Shown in pieces: positions 35,205 to 44,741 of a stretch of 55,780 nt of DNA. The stretch is from contig CAZWNC010000006.1 in NCBI GenBank assembly GCA_964635195.1, forward strand, positions 1 to 55,780, in the 5' to 3' direction. The stretch is from an uncultured Candidatus Saccharibacteria bacterium (lineage in GTDB: Bacteria; Patescibacteriota; Minisyncoccia; Phycocordibacterales; UBA12088). The position numbers and the translations under genes were made by a program. The notes under the pieces were generated by a model. The model had not been told where the DNA came from, did not search any database, and saw only the letters and a program-made list of their open reading frames with translations. Numbering within the stretch: position 1 is the stretch's first letter; each line of letters opens with the position of its first letter.

Positions 35205-36266
35205 TCACTCCTCACTCTTTGCGAGATGTTCAATAAGCGCGAGCTCCAGTGGAAGTGCGGGAAGGTACGTCGTACCCACTTCAAGCGAAGCGCTGAGTAG
35301 GCGCGTGAGTAGGCGCGAGTTCAAGATGTCTTTTGCGTCTTGTGCGTACCGTTCGATACTCACCCATTCTTCCGGAGTGAACTCCGCCTGCAAGGTAGTC
35401 GCGAAAGTGGGTGCGGTACGCACGAGTAACGCCGCACGCACGATGCGTAACACAAGCGCAAGCGTCGTCTTCACATTACCACCCTCAACTAAAGCGTGTA
35501 AGCGTGTCAGCGCCATGTCCAAATTGCGCGTAGCGACCGCGTCCAGCATCTCCAAGAGTGCAGCACTCCGGGGAGCGCCGGTCACTCGTTCGACATCAGC
35601 GTGGGTGATGTTCTTTTCACTATTACTGGCAATAACCTTCTGCAAGATACCATGTGCATCACGAAAGGCACCGTCAGCCAAGAGAGCAATGAGTTCCGCT
35701 CCCGCCCGGTCGATTTCACACCCCTCTCGCTTTGCGGTTGTAAGGATGAGGTCGGTGAGCAACGCGGAAGTCGGACGTCTCAGTGTAAATATCTGACATC
35801 GCGAAAGGATGGTCTCAGGTATCTTATCCACCTCAGTGGTTGCAAGGATGAAGACCACATGCCGTGGTGGCTCTTCAAGAGTCTTAAGGAGAGCATTCCA
35901 TGCATCTTTGGTGAGCATGTGCACCTCGTCGATAATGTATACTTTAAATCGCGAAGAAAAAGGCACAACATGCGTTTCTTCACGCAACGCTCGAATATCA
36001 TCAATGCCACGATTTGAGGCGGCGTCAATTTCTACCAGATCGTGTTCAACAGTGCCTATCTCGCGCGCAAAAATCCGAGCAAGCGTGGTCTTACCGATAC
36101 CACGACTGCCGACAAACAGGTACGCATGCCCGATATTGTCATTTCGGATTGCACTTTGTAGCGACTGCACGATCTGATCCTGCCCACGAACTTCCTCAAA
36201 AGTGTGCGGGCGGTATTTACGATAGAGCGCATGTTCCGACATTAGTGTGTAGTATATCACACTCAA
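35205..36266 (-). CDS. dnaX: DNA polymerase III subunit gamma/tau (short form)
   Basis: YRKYRPHTFEEVRGQDQIV, Walker A GSRGIGKTT, DEVHML, SRCQIF. At only 353 aa it has no tau C-terminal domains. Confidence 0.85.
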   Translation of the reverse strand: MSVIYYTLMSEHALYRKYRPHTFEEVRGQDQIVQSLQSAIRNDNIGHAYLFVGSRGIGKTTLARIFAREIGTVEHDLVEIDAASNRGIDDIRALREETHVVPFSSRFKVYIIDEVHMLTKDAWNALLKTLEEPPRHVVFILATTEVDKIPETILSRCQIFTLRRPTSALLTDLILTTAKREGCEIDRAGAELIALLADGAFRDAHGILQKVIASNSEKNITHADVERVTGAPRSAALLEMLDAVATRNLDMALTRLHALVEGGNVKTTLALVLRIVRAALLVRTAPTFATTLQAEFTPEEWVSIERYAQDAKDILNSRLLTRLLSASLEVGTTYLPALPLELALIEHLAKSEE

Positions 36267-36310
36267 AGAGGGCGTGAGAAAAGGTTAGTGTGGTGTTTCG
36301 CACACCTCTT

Positions 36311-37288
36311 TCACTGCCCCTCGAGTACCGCAGCAACTGCAGTCGCCCCGTCACAGCACATGAGGCGATCCCGCAGTGCGGCGGCACCCTCAAAACCGTG
36401 CACGTACGCCTTAAAGTGCTTTTTCATGACCGAGAACGACTTGTGAGAACATACCTCTTCAAACGCCTTGCAGTGTTCCACAAGCACGCGCATACGTTCA
36501 GCATGCGTGGGAGTTCGTTCGGAAAAAAGCCACGGGTTGCCAAAAATTCCCCGCCCTATCATGACACCGTCCGCACCGGTCTCCTGTGCGCGTACTCGAG
36601 CATCTGCAACAGTGGCTACGTCACCATTACCGATGATGGCCGTTTGTGAATTACCACCTGAAAACTGTAATTTGTTACGTAATTCAACCGCATGCCGAAC
36701 ATGCTCCCAGCGCGCAGGGACGTCACTCATCTCCTTTCGCGTGCGTGCGTGCAAGGTGATGGCGGCCGGCTCCTCTTTGAGAAGTTCGGGGAGCCACGTG
36801 TCAAGCTCAACCGAATTGTACCCAACCCGCGTCTTTACTGACACCGGTATCTTTCCTCCAACACCCCGCTTGGCGGCACGTATTAATTCGCGCGCACGTG
36901 CCGGGTCTTTCATGAGTGCGGCACCGGCACACTGCTTTTCGATACTTTTGTCGGGACAGCCCATGTTAATATCGACACCGTCAAAACCAAGTTCAGCCAC
37001 CAGGTGCGCACCATACTCGAGCATGTCAGGTTTTGATGAGAAGAGTTGTGCAATGATAGGACGCTCTTCCTCTGTATAAGTCAAATCCAGCATCAACTGG
37101 TTCTCTGCATCCGGCATGTGGGCGCGCTCACGGGTATGGTACAAACCGTCCGCAGAGACAAACTCGGTCCACAGCACATCAGGTTTACCATACCGTGCAA
37201 TGATGCGCCGAAAAGCGGCATCAGTGACATCCGCCATGGGTGCGAGCACAAAAAACGGGCGCTTGAGCGAATGCCAGAGTTCGGACAT
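36311..37288 (-). CDS. dus: tRNA-dihydrouridine synthase
   Basis: FFVLAPMADVTDAAFRR, DINMGCP and the TIM-barrel Dus pattern. Likely start MSELWH at 37288. Confidence 0.85.
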   Translation of the reverse strand: MSELWHSLKRPFFVLAPMADVTDAAFRRIIARYGKPDVLWTEFVSADGLYHTRERAHMPDAENQLMLDLTYTEEERPIIAQLFSSKPDMLEYGAHLVAELGFDGVDINMGCPDKSIEKQCAGAALMKDPARARELIRAAKRGVGGKIPVSVKTRVGYNSVELDTWLPELLKEEPAAITLHARTRKEMSDVPARWEHVRHAVELRNKLQFSGGNSQTAIIGNGDVATVADARVRAQETGADGVMIGRGIFGNPWLFSERTPTHAERMRVLVEHCKAFEEVCSHKSFSVMKKHFKAYVHGFEGAAALRDRLMCCDGATAVAAVLEGQ

Positions 37289-37360
37289 ACACGCTATCCT
37301 ACGGGCATGGTGCAAAAAAAGCAACCATATTCGTGACCACTAACATTACTATGCGAAACC

Positions 37361-39844
37361 CTATCGTGTGGAGTTACCCGCGGTAGCCCCATAGGTCATA
37401 GTATCGCCAGTGTGAAGGGTGTCACGCAGTATGCTGTCTGCGACAACCTGTTCGACCTCTTCTTGAATGGCGCGTGTCAGCGCTCTACCGCCAAACTGAG
37501 GATCATACCCCTTTTCAGCAACCCGCGCTATGAGTGCATCGGTGACTTCGAGTGCGATATTCTTCTCTTGGAGCAATCGTCCGGCAAGTCGTGTGAGGTG
37601 AATACGTGCTATTTCTTGCATATGCTCTTTACCGAGAGGGTGGAACACGACAATATCATCAAAGCGATTCAGGAGCTCAGGGCGATACAATCCCTGTTTA
37701 ATGAGGTGGTCAACCAATTCCCGCTTTTTCGAGACGATGTCGACACCATCTCGCGACCATTCCCAGATCATATCTGCTCCCGCATTTGATGTCGCAATAA
37801 TGATAAGGTTACGTGCGTTCACATCTTCCCCGCTCGCGTCAGTAAATTTTCCTTCATCAAGCACTTGGAGGAGGAGATCGTGCACGACATGAGCAGATTT
37901 CTCAAGCTCGTCAAGTAAAAGCACGCCGTACTGGTGATCACGTATCATAGTGGTCAAACGGCCCGGCACACCTGTCTCAAATGAACCGATGAGCTCCTCC
38001 AGAGCATCACCTCCCTGGAACTCTGACATATCGAGGCGATTCATCTCACGCTCATGTCCGAAGAGCGTTTGCGCAAGTGCTTTTGCCATTTCGGTCTTAC
38101 CCACACCTGTCGGTCCCAAGAAAAGGAAACTACCCATCGGTTTGTTCGGATTGGTGATACCTGTTCGAGCGCGTCTCAATGCGCGCGAAACCGCGTTCAC
38201 TGCAACGTCTTGGCCGACGACTCTCGAATGAAGCACTGTTTCAAGTGAGAGTAACTTTTCACTCTCTTCTTTCGAAGGCGTACCAACGGGAACGTTAGTT
38301 TTCTGCTCCACCAACTGCTCCACCAAATCGGCACGAACGTGCATCTTGCCATAGCGGAGCGCGTACGGAATGATTTCCTCGAGCAGATCGAATGCTTTGT
38401 CCGGCATGGTTCCACCCGGAAAGTATCTGTCCGCCAATCGCATGATAGCGTTCAGTGCCGGTATGGTACACACGACACCTGACGTCAACTCACGTGCGTA
38501 CGCTCGTTGCTCCATGAGCGACCGCAGAGCAACGTCGTCAACCGTATGTGTTTGCACAACGTCACAGGCTCGCATGATGCGTGTGTCACGGGAAAGTATT
38601 TGATGGAAGGCATGCTTTTCCGTTCCTATAATGATCTGAATCGTATCGGCTTCAAAGTACGGCGTCAGTAAGTCTACAAGATCTACCTGAAACGCAGCCG
38701 CACTCGCAATGGCGACGGAGAGGTTCTCGAAATACAACATGATGTTACCTGCCGAAACAGCCTGGTTAAGGGTTGCGTAAAACGCTGTTTCAAATGCGGC
38801 CTTGTCGCTGTTCGCCGTCACAATACTCTCAACATCAACCAAAAACATACGCTTGCCTTCAAGTGGCGGTAAGATGCGACCGGAACGAATCTTGCGGTAC
38901 AAGAGAAGTGCACTCTCGCGAGCGGAAGATGGATCGCTGGCGACAATAATCACATTCGATTGCCGAGCGCGAGCAAGAGTCGCCTCCATAGATTCCACCT
39001 CATCATCTTCATTTCGCACGCGAAACGCAGTGGCATGCCAAAGTGGGTCTTGTATCAAATCGTGCCCGTATCGTTCAAGCAAGTATGTTTCGCCGTAACT
39101 CCACGTTTTACCCAAACCTGCCATGCGTCCGAGATTGTCCCGAGACCACCATCGCTCTTTTGCGCGTTGCGTCTGCTCTATGTCTGTAACCCATTGTGCT
39201 GCATGAAGCAACACCTCTTTGGTGATACCCTCCTTGGAAAGCAACTCTCTGAAGCCATCGTCTTGTTTGAGTATGCTTTGCGCATACGTCGCCAGAGTCA
39301 CTCCTCCGTCACGATCCAAAATGAAATTGTCTGCAGCAAGTGTTGAATGACGGTGTTGTATGTATTCTTCAAACGCTTCTCCGGTCACACCTGCTCGATA
39401 GAGGATCTGCTGTCCAAGTTCCGATTCCAAAAAACCGCCGGTAATGTCGTGATCCTGGGTATCTGCAACAATCGTCGCAACTTCCCAGCTCGCACCCGTA
39501 CCTGATTCAGTGGCATATTCACCAATCACGGTTGCAAGGCCATGGTAGTAGTATGATCGATGCATTGCCTCAAGAGCAGACATGGTAAACGCGGCAGAAA
39601 ATACTATAAAGAAGACGCCGAGCAATCTATCGTCGAGCGTACCCACTATTGAAAGAAAGGGGAGTGTCTCTAATAGCGCATGCTGTAGCGCGAAACCAAG
39701 GAGTGTCAGTACAAAAGTGACAATGGTCACCAACGACAGTACATGACGCATCCGTGCACGTGTTTCGTACGGCATCCACGCTCGCAGCGCAAGTGCCGGC
39801 GCGTAGAGTGTTTCGAGTAGCTTTTGTAAATCGCGGTAATGCAT
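37361..39844 (-). CDS. membrane-anchored ClpA/ClpB-like AAA+ ATPase with degenerate D1 and intact D2
   Basis: Likely start MHYRDL at 39844. Two to three N-terminal TM helices, a Clp_N-like segment and YGHDL (as in ClpB YGRDLT). The D1 Walker A position reads ASDPSSAR instead of GEPGVGKT. D2 has GPTGVGKTE, LLLDELEKS and the C-terminal ClpB_D2-small domain. Confidence 0.75.
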   Translation of the reverse strand: MHYRDLQKLLETLYAPALALRAWMPYETRARMRHVLSLVTIVTFVLTLLGFALQHALLETLPFLSIVGTLDDRLLGVFFIVFSAAFTMSALEAMHRSYYYHGLATVIGEYATESGTGASWEVATIVADTQDHDITGGFLESELGQQILYRAGVTGEAFEEYIQHRHSTLAADNFILDRDGGVTLATYAQSILKQDDGFRELLSKEGITKEVLLHAAQWVTDIEQTQRAKERWWSRDNLGRMAGLGKTWSYGETYLLERYGHDLIQDPLWHATAFRVRNEDDEVESMEATLARARQSNVIIVASDPSSARESALLLYRKIRSGRILPPLEGKRMFLVDVESIVTANSDKAAFETAFYATLNQAVSAGNIMLYFENLSVAIASAAAFQVDLVDLLTPYFEADTIQIIIGTEKHAFHQILSRDTRIMRACDVVQTHTVDDVALRSLMEQRAYARELTSGVVCTIPALNAIMRLADRYFPGGTMPDKAFDLLEEIIPYALRYGKMHVRADLVEQLVEQKTNVPVGTPSKEESEKLLSLETVLHSRVVGQDVAVNAVSRALRRARTGITNPNKPMGSFLFLGPTGVGKTEMAKALAQTLFGHEREMNRLDMSEFQGGDALEELIGSFETGVPGRLTTMIRDHQYGVLLLDELEKSAHVVHDLLLQVLDEGKFTDASGEDVNARNLIIIATSNAGADMIWEWSRDGVDIVSKKRELVDHLIKQGLYRPELLNRFDDIVVFHPLGKEHMQEIARIHLTRLAGRLLQEKNIALEVTDALIARVAEKGYDPQFGGRALTRAIQEEVEQVVADSILRDTLHTGDTMTYGATAGNSTR

Positions 39845-39881
39845 GGATTGTATGACGTAGTCAAAGTCAAAAACTAAAAAA

Positions 39882-40274
39882 TCAAGCAAAAAGCATGAGC
39901 ATCGTGCCTGTGGTGACGAGTACCGCGAGCATGAGTGGAGCAAGAAGCCAGACCACAAAGAAGAGCCCACCAAAAATACTTGCACACACTATGCAGGCTA
40001 CACCCGCTGCAATGAGAAGGCTTCGAAGCAAGAAGCCGACAATCCGCATGAGTGTGTTTACCAAAATTTCCTCGGAAATGGCGCCCACGTCCAGCGCACC
40101 ATGGTGCGAAGTTCTGTCCGTAAGACGGTGGAATGGGACAAACAAGGAGTGCACCATGAGTTCCAGCGAGAAAAAATTATATAGAAACCAAATAAAATTC
40201 TGGAAAATTCCCCAATATCCCGCAACCGCAACGGAGTAGTGCCACCGTAAGTACTCAAAAGCTAATGTCCCCAT
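39882..40274 (-). CDS. hypothetical 4-TM membrane protein
   Basis: Likely start MGTLAFEYLRWHY at 40274. It sits 38 nt upstream of the Clp-like gene on the same strand. Confidence 0.5.
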   Translation of the reverse strand: MGTLAFEYLRWHYSVAVAGYWGIFQNFIWFLYNFFSLELMVHSLFVPFHRLTDRTSHHGALDVGAISEEILVNTLMRIVGFLLRSLLIAAGVACIVCASIFGGLFFVVWLLAPLMLAVLVTTGTMLMLFA

Positions 40275-40346
40275 AGTGCTACCAGTGTACCATACAAGCT
40301 CCCACACAAGACGCCTCGACTGTTGAGAAAATCATGCACGGCCAAA

Positions 40347-41339
40347 TTACTCCACATCGTCTTCTTGTAAATCTGATATCGATTCCCCAACTTCTGTACG
40401 CTCAGTACCACCATCGACCACCATCGACCTCACCTCTTCCACCTCCCTCACACCATCAGAAGAAGATGCGGTAGACACATCCTCCGCTTCCAAAACGGGA
40501 TCGACATACTTTACATACACCCGCGTCTCAAAACGCATGTCAATATACTCGAGCGCACGCGATGTATCAAAGGCTTCAGACGAAAGAGTGGCGATCAGTC
40601 GCTCTGACATCGTTGTTACCGGAAGTGCGCGCGGAACAATAACGCGTGCCGGCTGCGCCAAATACAGCTCCATATCACGCTCGTCAACAAGCAAGAGTGC
40701 AACAATATTCGTGCCTTTTGAACGCAGCACGTCATGCAGTGCTCGCAGCTCAGTAAACTCCTGTTCCGCAAGAAGATATTGACCGATTGGACTCGCCTTC
40801 TCAAGTGAACCATAATAACGATCAAACGTTTCAATCTCCCCCTCTCGTTCGGCATAAATAAAGCCTGTATGATCTATGAAGTAGCAACGACCTTGTGCAA
40901 TTGAACTCGTTCCCTGCTCGAAAATTGGTGGCACAACGTCGCCACACCACAACGCCTCGGGATGTCGCTCGCGCACCGTAAGCGACAATCCTCGCAGCCC
41001 TTGTCTTTCAAGTGATACTTCCTCAATGCGGGGAAACGTATCACGAAGAGATTGCGTGAGCGTGTCGATATGCAGCGCAAACGTGGAATCTTTTGGTATA
41101 AAACCGATAGTATCACCCTGCATTCGCTCCCGTACATTTTGAACCACATCTTCTTCACTCAAATATTCGACTCCATGGACGGTAATGTCTCGCACTCGAA
41201 AAAAGTCAGCGCGCAAGGTGCTGACAAGTACTGCGCAGAGACATGCGAAAAGGACGACATACACACCAGCGCGTACCAGCGCGCGCGTGCGCGCCTTCTT
41301 ACGCGCCTCCTGCGTTCGAAATTTTCGTGGTGCAATCAT
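40347..41339 (-). CDS. FtsQ-type POTRA domain cell-division protein
   Basis: N-terminal basic tail plus TM helix. A POTRA start FRVRDITVHGVEYLSEEDV is followed by an FtsQ-like beta domain and an acidic C-terminal tail. Confidence 0.65.
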   Translation of the reverse strand: MIAPRKFRTQEARKKARTRALVRAGVYVVLFACLCAVLVSTLRADFFRVRDITVHGVEYLSEEDVVQNVRERMQGDTIGFIPKDSTFALHIDTLTQSLRDTFPRIEEVSLERQGLRGLSLTVRERHPEALWCGDVVPPIFEQGTSSIAQGRCYFIDHTGFIYAEREGEIETFDRYYGSLEKASPIGQYLLAEQEFTELRALHDVLRSKGTNIVALLLVDERDMELYLAQPARVIVPRALPVTTMSERLIATLSSEAFDTSRALEYIDMRFETRVYVKYVDPVLEAEDVSTASSSDGVREVEEVRSMVVDGGTERTEVGESISDLQEDDVE

Positions 41340-42604
41340 GTATGCACTTCAATCCGTTCTTTTCCCATGTACGGACGAAGCGGTTCGGGTATACGTATAG
41401 ACCCGTCTTCCTCTTGGTGATTTTCGATGAGTGGTACAAGCACTCGAGGCGTTGCGATTGCGGTATTGTTGAGTGAATGCACAAAGCGCAATTTTCCATC
41501 GGTATCTTTGTATCGAATATTGAGCCGTCTGGTCTGAAAATCATGAAAATAAGATGCACTGTGTGTTTCTCGAAACGTGCCCTCACTCGGAACCCACGCC
41601 TCAATATCATATTTTTTCACCTGCCCGAGACCCAGGTCCCCCCCGCAGTTCACCACCACGTGGTACGGAATACGGAGTGCCCGCATCAATTCTTCCGCAT
41701 TTTGAGTGAGCTCTTCATGATGATCGACGGATGTCTGGTGACTCGCCTCGCACAGCACAACCTGTTCGACTTTGTAAAATTCATGTACTCGAATAAGTCC
41801 TCGAGTGTCTTTCCCATGACTTCCGGCTTCACGCCGAAAACAGGGTGAGAATGCGGCAAACTTCATAGGCAACTGCGAGCGTTCAAGAACTTCGTCGGCA
41901 AAGTAACTCATGGTTGCAACCTCTGCAGTCCCGGCGAGAAATTCACCATCTTGGGTCTTGTAGAGGTCCTCCTCACTTTGCGGCAAATATCCGGTGCCGA
42001 TGAACGGTTCGCGTCGCACCAAGGAAGGCGCAATGAGCGGTGAAAACCCCTTCTTGTGTAGTGTATCAAGGGCGTACTGCCACAAAGCAAATGAAAGACG
42101 TGCTCCATCATTTTTTAGGTAGTACCCCCGAAAACCAGCAGTCTTGGTACCACGTTCAAGTTCCACCATATCAAGTGCGAGCATGAGGTCTATGTGATTT
42201 TTCGGCTTGAACGTGAACTCGGGTGGAGTGCCCCACGTGCGTACCTCCAGGTTCGCGGAATCATCATCACCGTCGGGCACAGACATATCAGGCACATTTG
42301 GGACTTGCACCATCAGGAGTTGCCACTCTTTCAGTACATCCTTGAGTTCACTCTCAGCTTTTTGCAAACCATCCTTCACGGTACGCACTTCGTCAATGAG
42401 TCGCATGCGTTCTTCCGGAGACGCGCATGCAATCTTATTACTCGCCTCATTCTGAACAGCACGCGCCGCATCATAGGATTGTTGCAGTTCCTTTCGTTTA
42501 TCGTCAACCACCAGCAATCGATCGAGATCAACCACAACATGCTTTTTTTGTGCGGCATGCTTGACGATGTCGATATTTTCTCGGATGAATTTGATGTCTA
42601 ACAT
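41336..42604 (-). CDS. serS: serine--tRNA ligase
   Basis: MLDIKFIRENIDIV coiled-coil arm and class II core (FRRE, GLIRVHEF, NTAIATPR). Confidence 0.95.
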   Translation of the reverse strand: MLDIKFIRENIDIVKHAAQKKHVVVDLDRLLVVDDKRKELQQSYDAARAVQNEASNKIACASPEERMRLIDEVRTVKDGLQKAESELKDVLKEWQLLMVQVPNVPDMSVPDGDDDSANLEVRTWGTPPEFTFKPKNHIDLMLALDMVELERGTKTAGFRGYYLKNDGARLSFALWQYALDTLHKKGFSPLIAPSLVRREPFIGTGYLPQSEEDLYKTQDGEFLAGTAEVATMSYFADEVLERSQLPMKFAAFSPCFRREAGSHGKDTRGLIRVHEFYKVEQVVLCEASHQTSVDHHEELTQNAEELMRALRIPYHVVVNCGGDLGLGQVKKYDIEAWVPSEGTFRETHSASYFHDFQTRRLNIRYKDTDGKLRFVHSLNNTAIATPRVLVPLIENHQEEDGSIRIPEPLRPYMGKERIEVHT

Positions 42605-43233
42605 AGGGGTGTGTCAAGTGACGGGTGTTAGCGCTGTCTGCACACTGCATACGATGCGGCCCCATCACCGTAAACGATACCTGTACGTATACTAAAAATA
42701 TACCACAAACATGATACTTTTTGTAGTTCTAGTTCTGCCTCGATAGGTTCAAAAAATAATTGGGGCGCGTTGTGAAACAGAACGTTAAAGTGCCACAAAG
42801 GCATGTCCATATGCAGCACAGAAGGCGTATTTCCATTTTAGCTACGAGAGCACTTCTTGTTCTCTACCTCACCGCGTGTGAACGGGTCGTAAGAGAAAAA
42901 GTCTTCTTGTTCGCAGATTCAAAAAAATAAGTGGTCTACAACGAGAGTACTTCTTTTTTACTCACACGCTCATGCGAAAACAATGTCGACCAATTCCTTG
43001 CACTGGTAAGACACCCTGTCCAATCCAACTACGTCTGGTACTATGACAGACACACCAGAATGTTTTCGCTCCCCGTCAGTACTCTTTTCACCTCCGCTCT
43101 CGCTTCGTACGCGCCCTGCTCACAGAGACGACGAGTGTGGTTTTGAGGGGGCATCATAGCCCTTGCAGAATATAAAAATAATGGTACTATTTTGTACGGA
43201 ATAATCTGTACGCACTTACAATCGGAGTAGAAC

Positions 43234-43701
43234 ATGAACATAGGCGAATTCGTCACTATTCCCAACTTCTCACGCACTCGGCGCGAAGTGGCAATGTGCC
43301 AAGGTGTGGTCATATCGTTCCTTTACGGGACGCATTTCGTAGGACGAGAGAGCAAGGTCGCCCCTCCCGGAAAATATCTTTGCCGCAACGCAGCCTTGGT
43401 ATGGTCAATCTCACCCTATCCGTTACTGGTTATTGACCTTCCGGTAGATCCAACAACAATGTTTTTTGGGGGTAAACTACCAGCGACCGCGTTTCGCGAA
43501 GATGACGTTGTCACTACTGACACTTCGCTTCACGGCATTAAGGATGAAGCGACTGTTGAGAGTATTGACTACTCTCACTTGACCTACCACAGAGACGACG
43601 GGAGTCCCTGGCCGATATATAAAGTCCGCTTCAGAGATGGCAGCTGGGCATACGCCGCAGAGGATTCGCTACGCCTGAAAGGGCGTGGCCAACACTGGTA
43701 G
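43234..43701 (+). CDS. hypothetical protein
   Basis: 155-aa ORF with plausible composition. No family recognised. Confidence 0.35.
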   Translation: MNIGEFVTIPNFSRTRREVAMCQGVVISFLYGTHFVGRESKVAPPGKYLCRNAALVWSISPYPLLVIDLPVDPTTMFFGGKLPATAFREDDVVTTDTSLHGIKDEATVESIDYSHLTYHRDDGSPWPIYKVRFRDGSWAYAAEDSLRLKGRGQHW

Positions 43702-43809
43702 GCAAGCTGCCGAAACACACGCCGAGGAATACAATCCTCGGCGTATTTGTGCCTTTAAAATTTCATCACATGTCCAACAAAAAAACGTCTTGTTTCTTCC
43801 GACAAGGGG

Positions 43810-44682
43810 ATGCCTTGCGATATACTCAACTATATGCACCCCATCACCAGATTACCCATTCCCGCCCTACTCCGTGAAATACCCGACGCACCGAAAAAAC
43901 TCTACATTCGAGGGACGTATCCTGACACAACATACACGTTCCTTTCAGTCGTCGGTTCACGCACGTACACACCATACGGTAAGCGTGTGTGTGAACTCCT
44001 TGTTGCTGGCTTGCGTGGGTATCCAATCGTAATCGTTTCCGGTCTTGCGCTCGGTATCGATGGTGTTGCACATCACGCAGCGCTCGCTGCCGGCCTCCGC
44101 ACCATCGCGGTTCCGGGTTCCGGACTTGACGATTCCGTCTTGTATCCCGCAACACACAGAGGACTTGCACAAAACATTCTCGAGCATGGTGGCGCACTTA
44201 TTTCTGAGTTCGAACCTACCTGGCGTCCACGACCCGAGAGTTTTCCGCAAAGAAACCGTATTATGGCGGGCTTGTCTCATGCAGTTTTGGTGATTGAAGC
44301 GGAAGAACGAAGTGGCACACTCATTACGAGCCGTCTCGCAACAGAGTATAATCGTGATGTGTTCGCCGTACCCGGGCCCATCGAAAGCGCAACTAGCAAG
44401 GGCCCACACATGCTGATCAGAAAAGGCGCCTTACTGATCACGCGCAGCGAAGACATACTTGAAGCGCTTGGCGTCGAACCACGCACGGAAGGACAGCAGC
44501 AACTACAGTTCGATTTGTCCCCGGAAGAACGGGACATCACAGCACTACTCACCACACCCCTACCCCGCGACGAACTGATTCGACTCAGTGGGAAAAGCAC
44601 CACGGAAGCGAACATGCTACTCTCCTCACTTGAACTCAAGGGGGTGATAGATGAACGTATGGGTCGAGTTTGTCTCATGTAG
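43810..44682 (+). CDS. dprA: DNA-processing protein DprA (Smf)
   Basis: VSGLALGIDGVAHHAAL, TIAVPGSGLD, GALISEF, FPQRNRIMAGL and a C-terminal winged-helix domain. Confidence 0.9.
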   Translation: MPCDILNYMHPITRLPIPALLREIPDAPKKLYIRGTYPDTTYTFLSVVGSRTYTPYGKRVCELLVAGLRGYPIVIVSGLALGIDGVAHHAALAAGLRTIAVPGSGLDDSVLYPATHRGLAQNILEHGGALISEFEPTWRPRPESFPQRNRIMAGLSHAVLVIEAEERSGTLITSRLATEYNRDVFAVPGPIESATSKGPHMLIRKGALLITRSEDILEALGVEPRTEGQQQLQFDLSPEERDITALLTTPLPRDELIRLSGKSTTEANMLLSSLELKGVIDERMGRVCLM

Positions 44683-44690
44683 ACGAACAC

Positions 44691-44720
44691 ACAACACGCC
44701 GCAATCCTGCGGCGTGTTGT
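44691..44720. terminator. hairpin between convergent dprA and rpoC
   Basis: Perfect 13-bp stem ACAACACGCCGCA / TGCGGCGTGTTGT with a 4-nt loop. There is no clear U-tract on either strand. Confidence 0.5.
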
Positions 44721-44741
44721 CCAACATGCTCTACGTCAGTG

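Noticed and set aside
39845-39985. N-terminal extension of the Clp-like ORF overlapping the upstream gene
   Set aside because: The extension is Cys/Ser/Phe-rich and would overlap the 3' end of the 4-TM gene by about 100 nt. Met at 39844 gives a clean non-overlapping start.
42928-42930. In-frame TAA between two small ORFs as programmed readthrough or recoding
   Set aside because: The downstream frame has no family signal. The duplicated nucleotide segment is out of frame between the copies, which points to gene decay rather than recoding.
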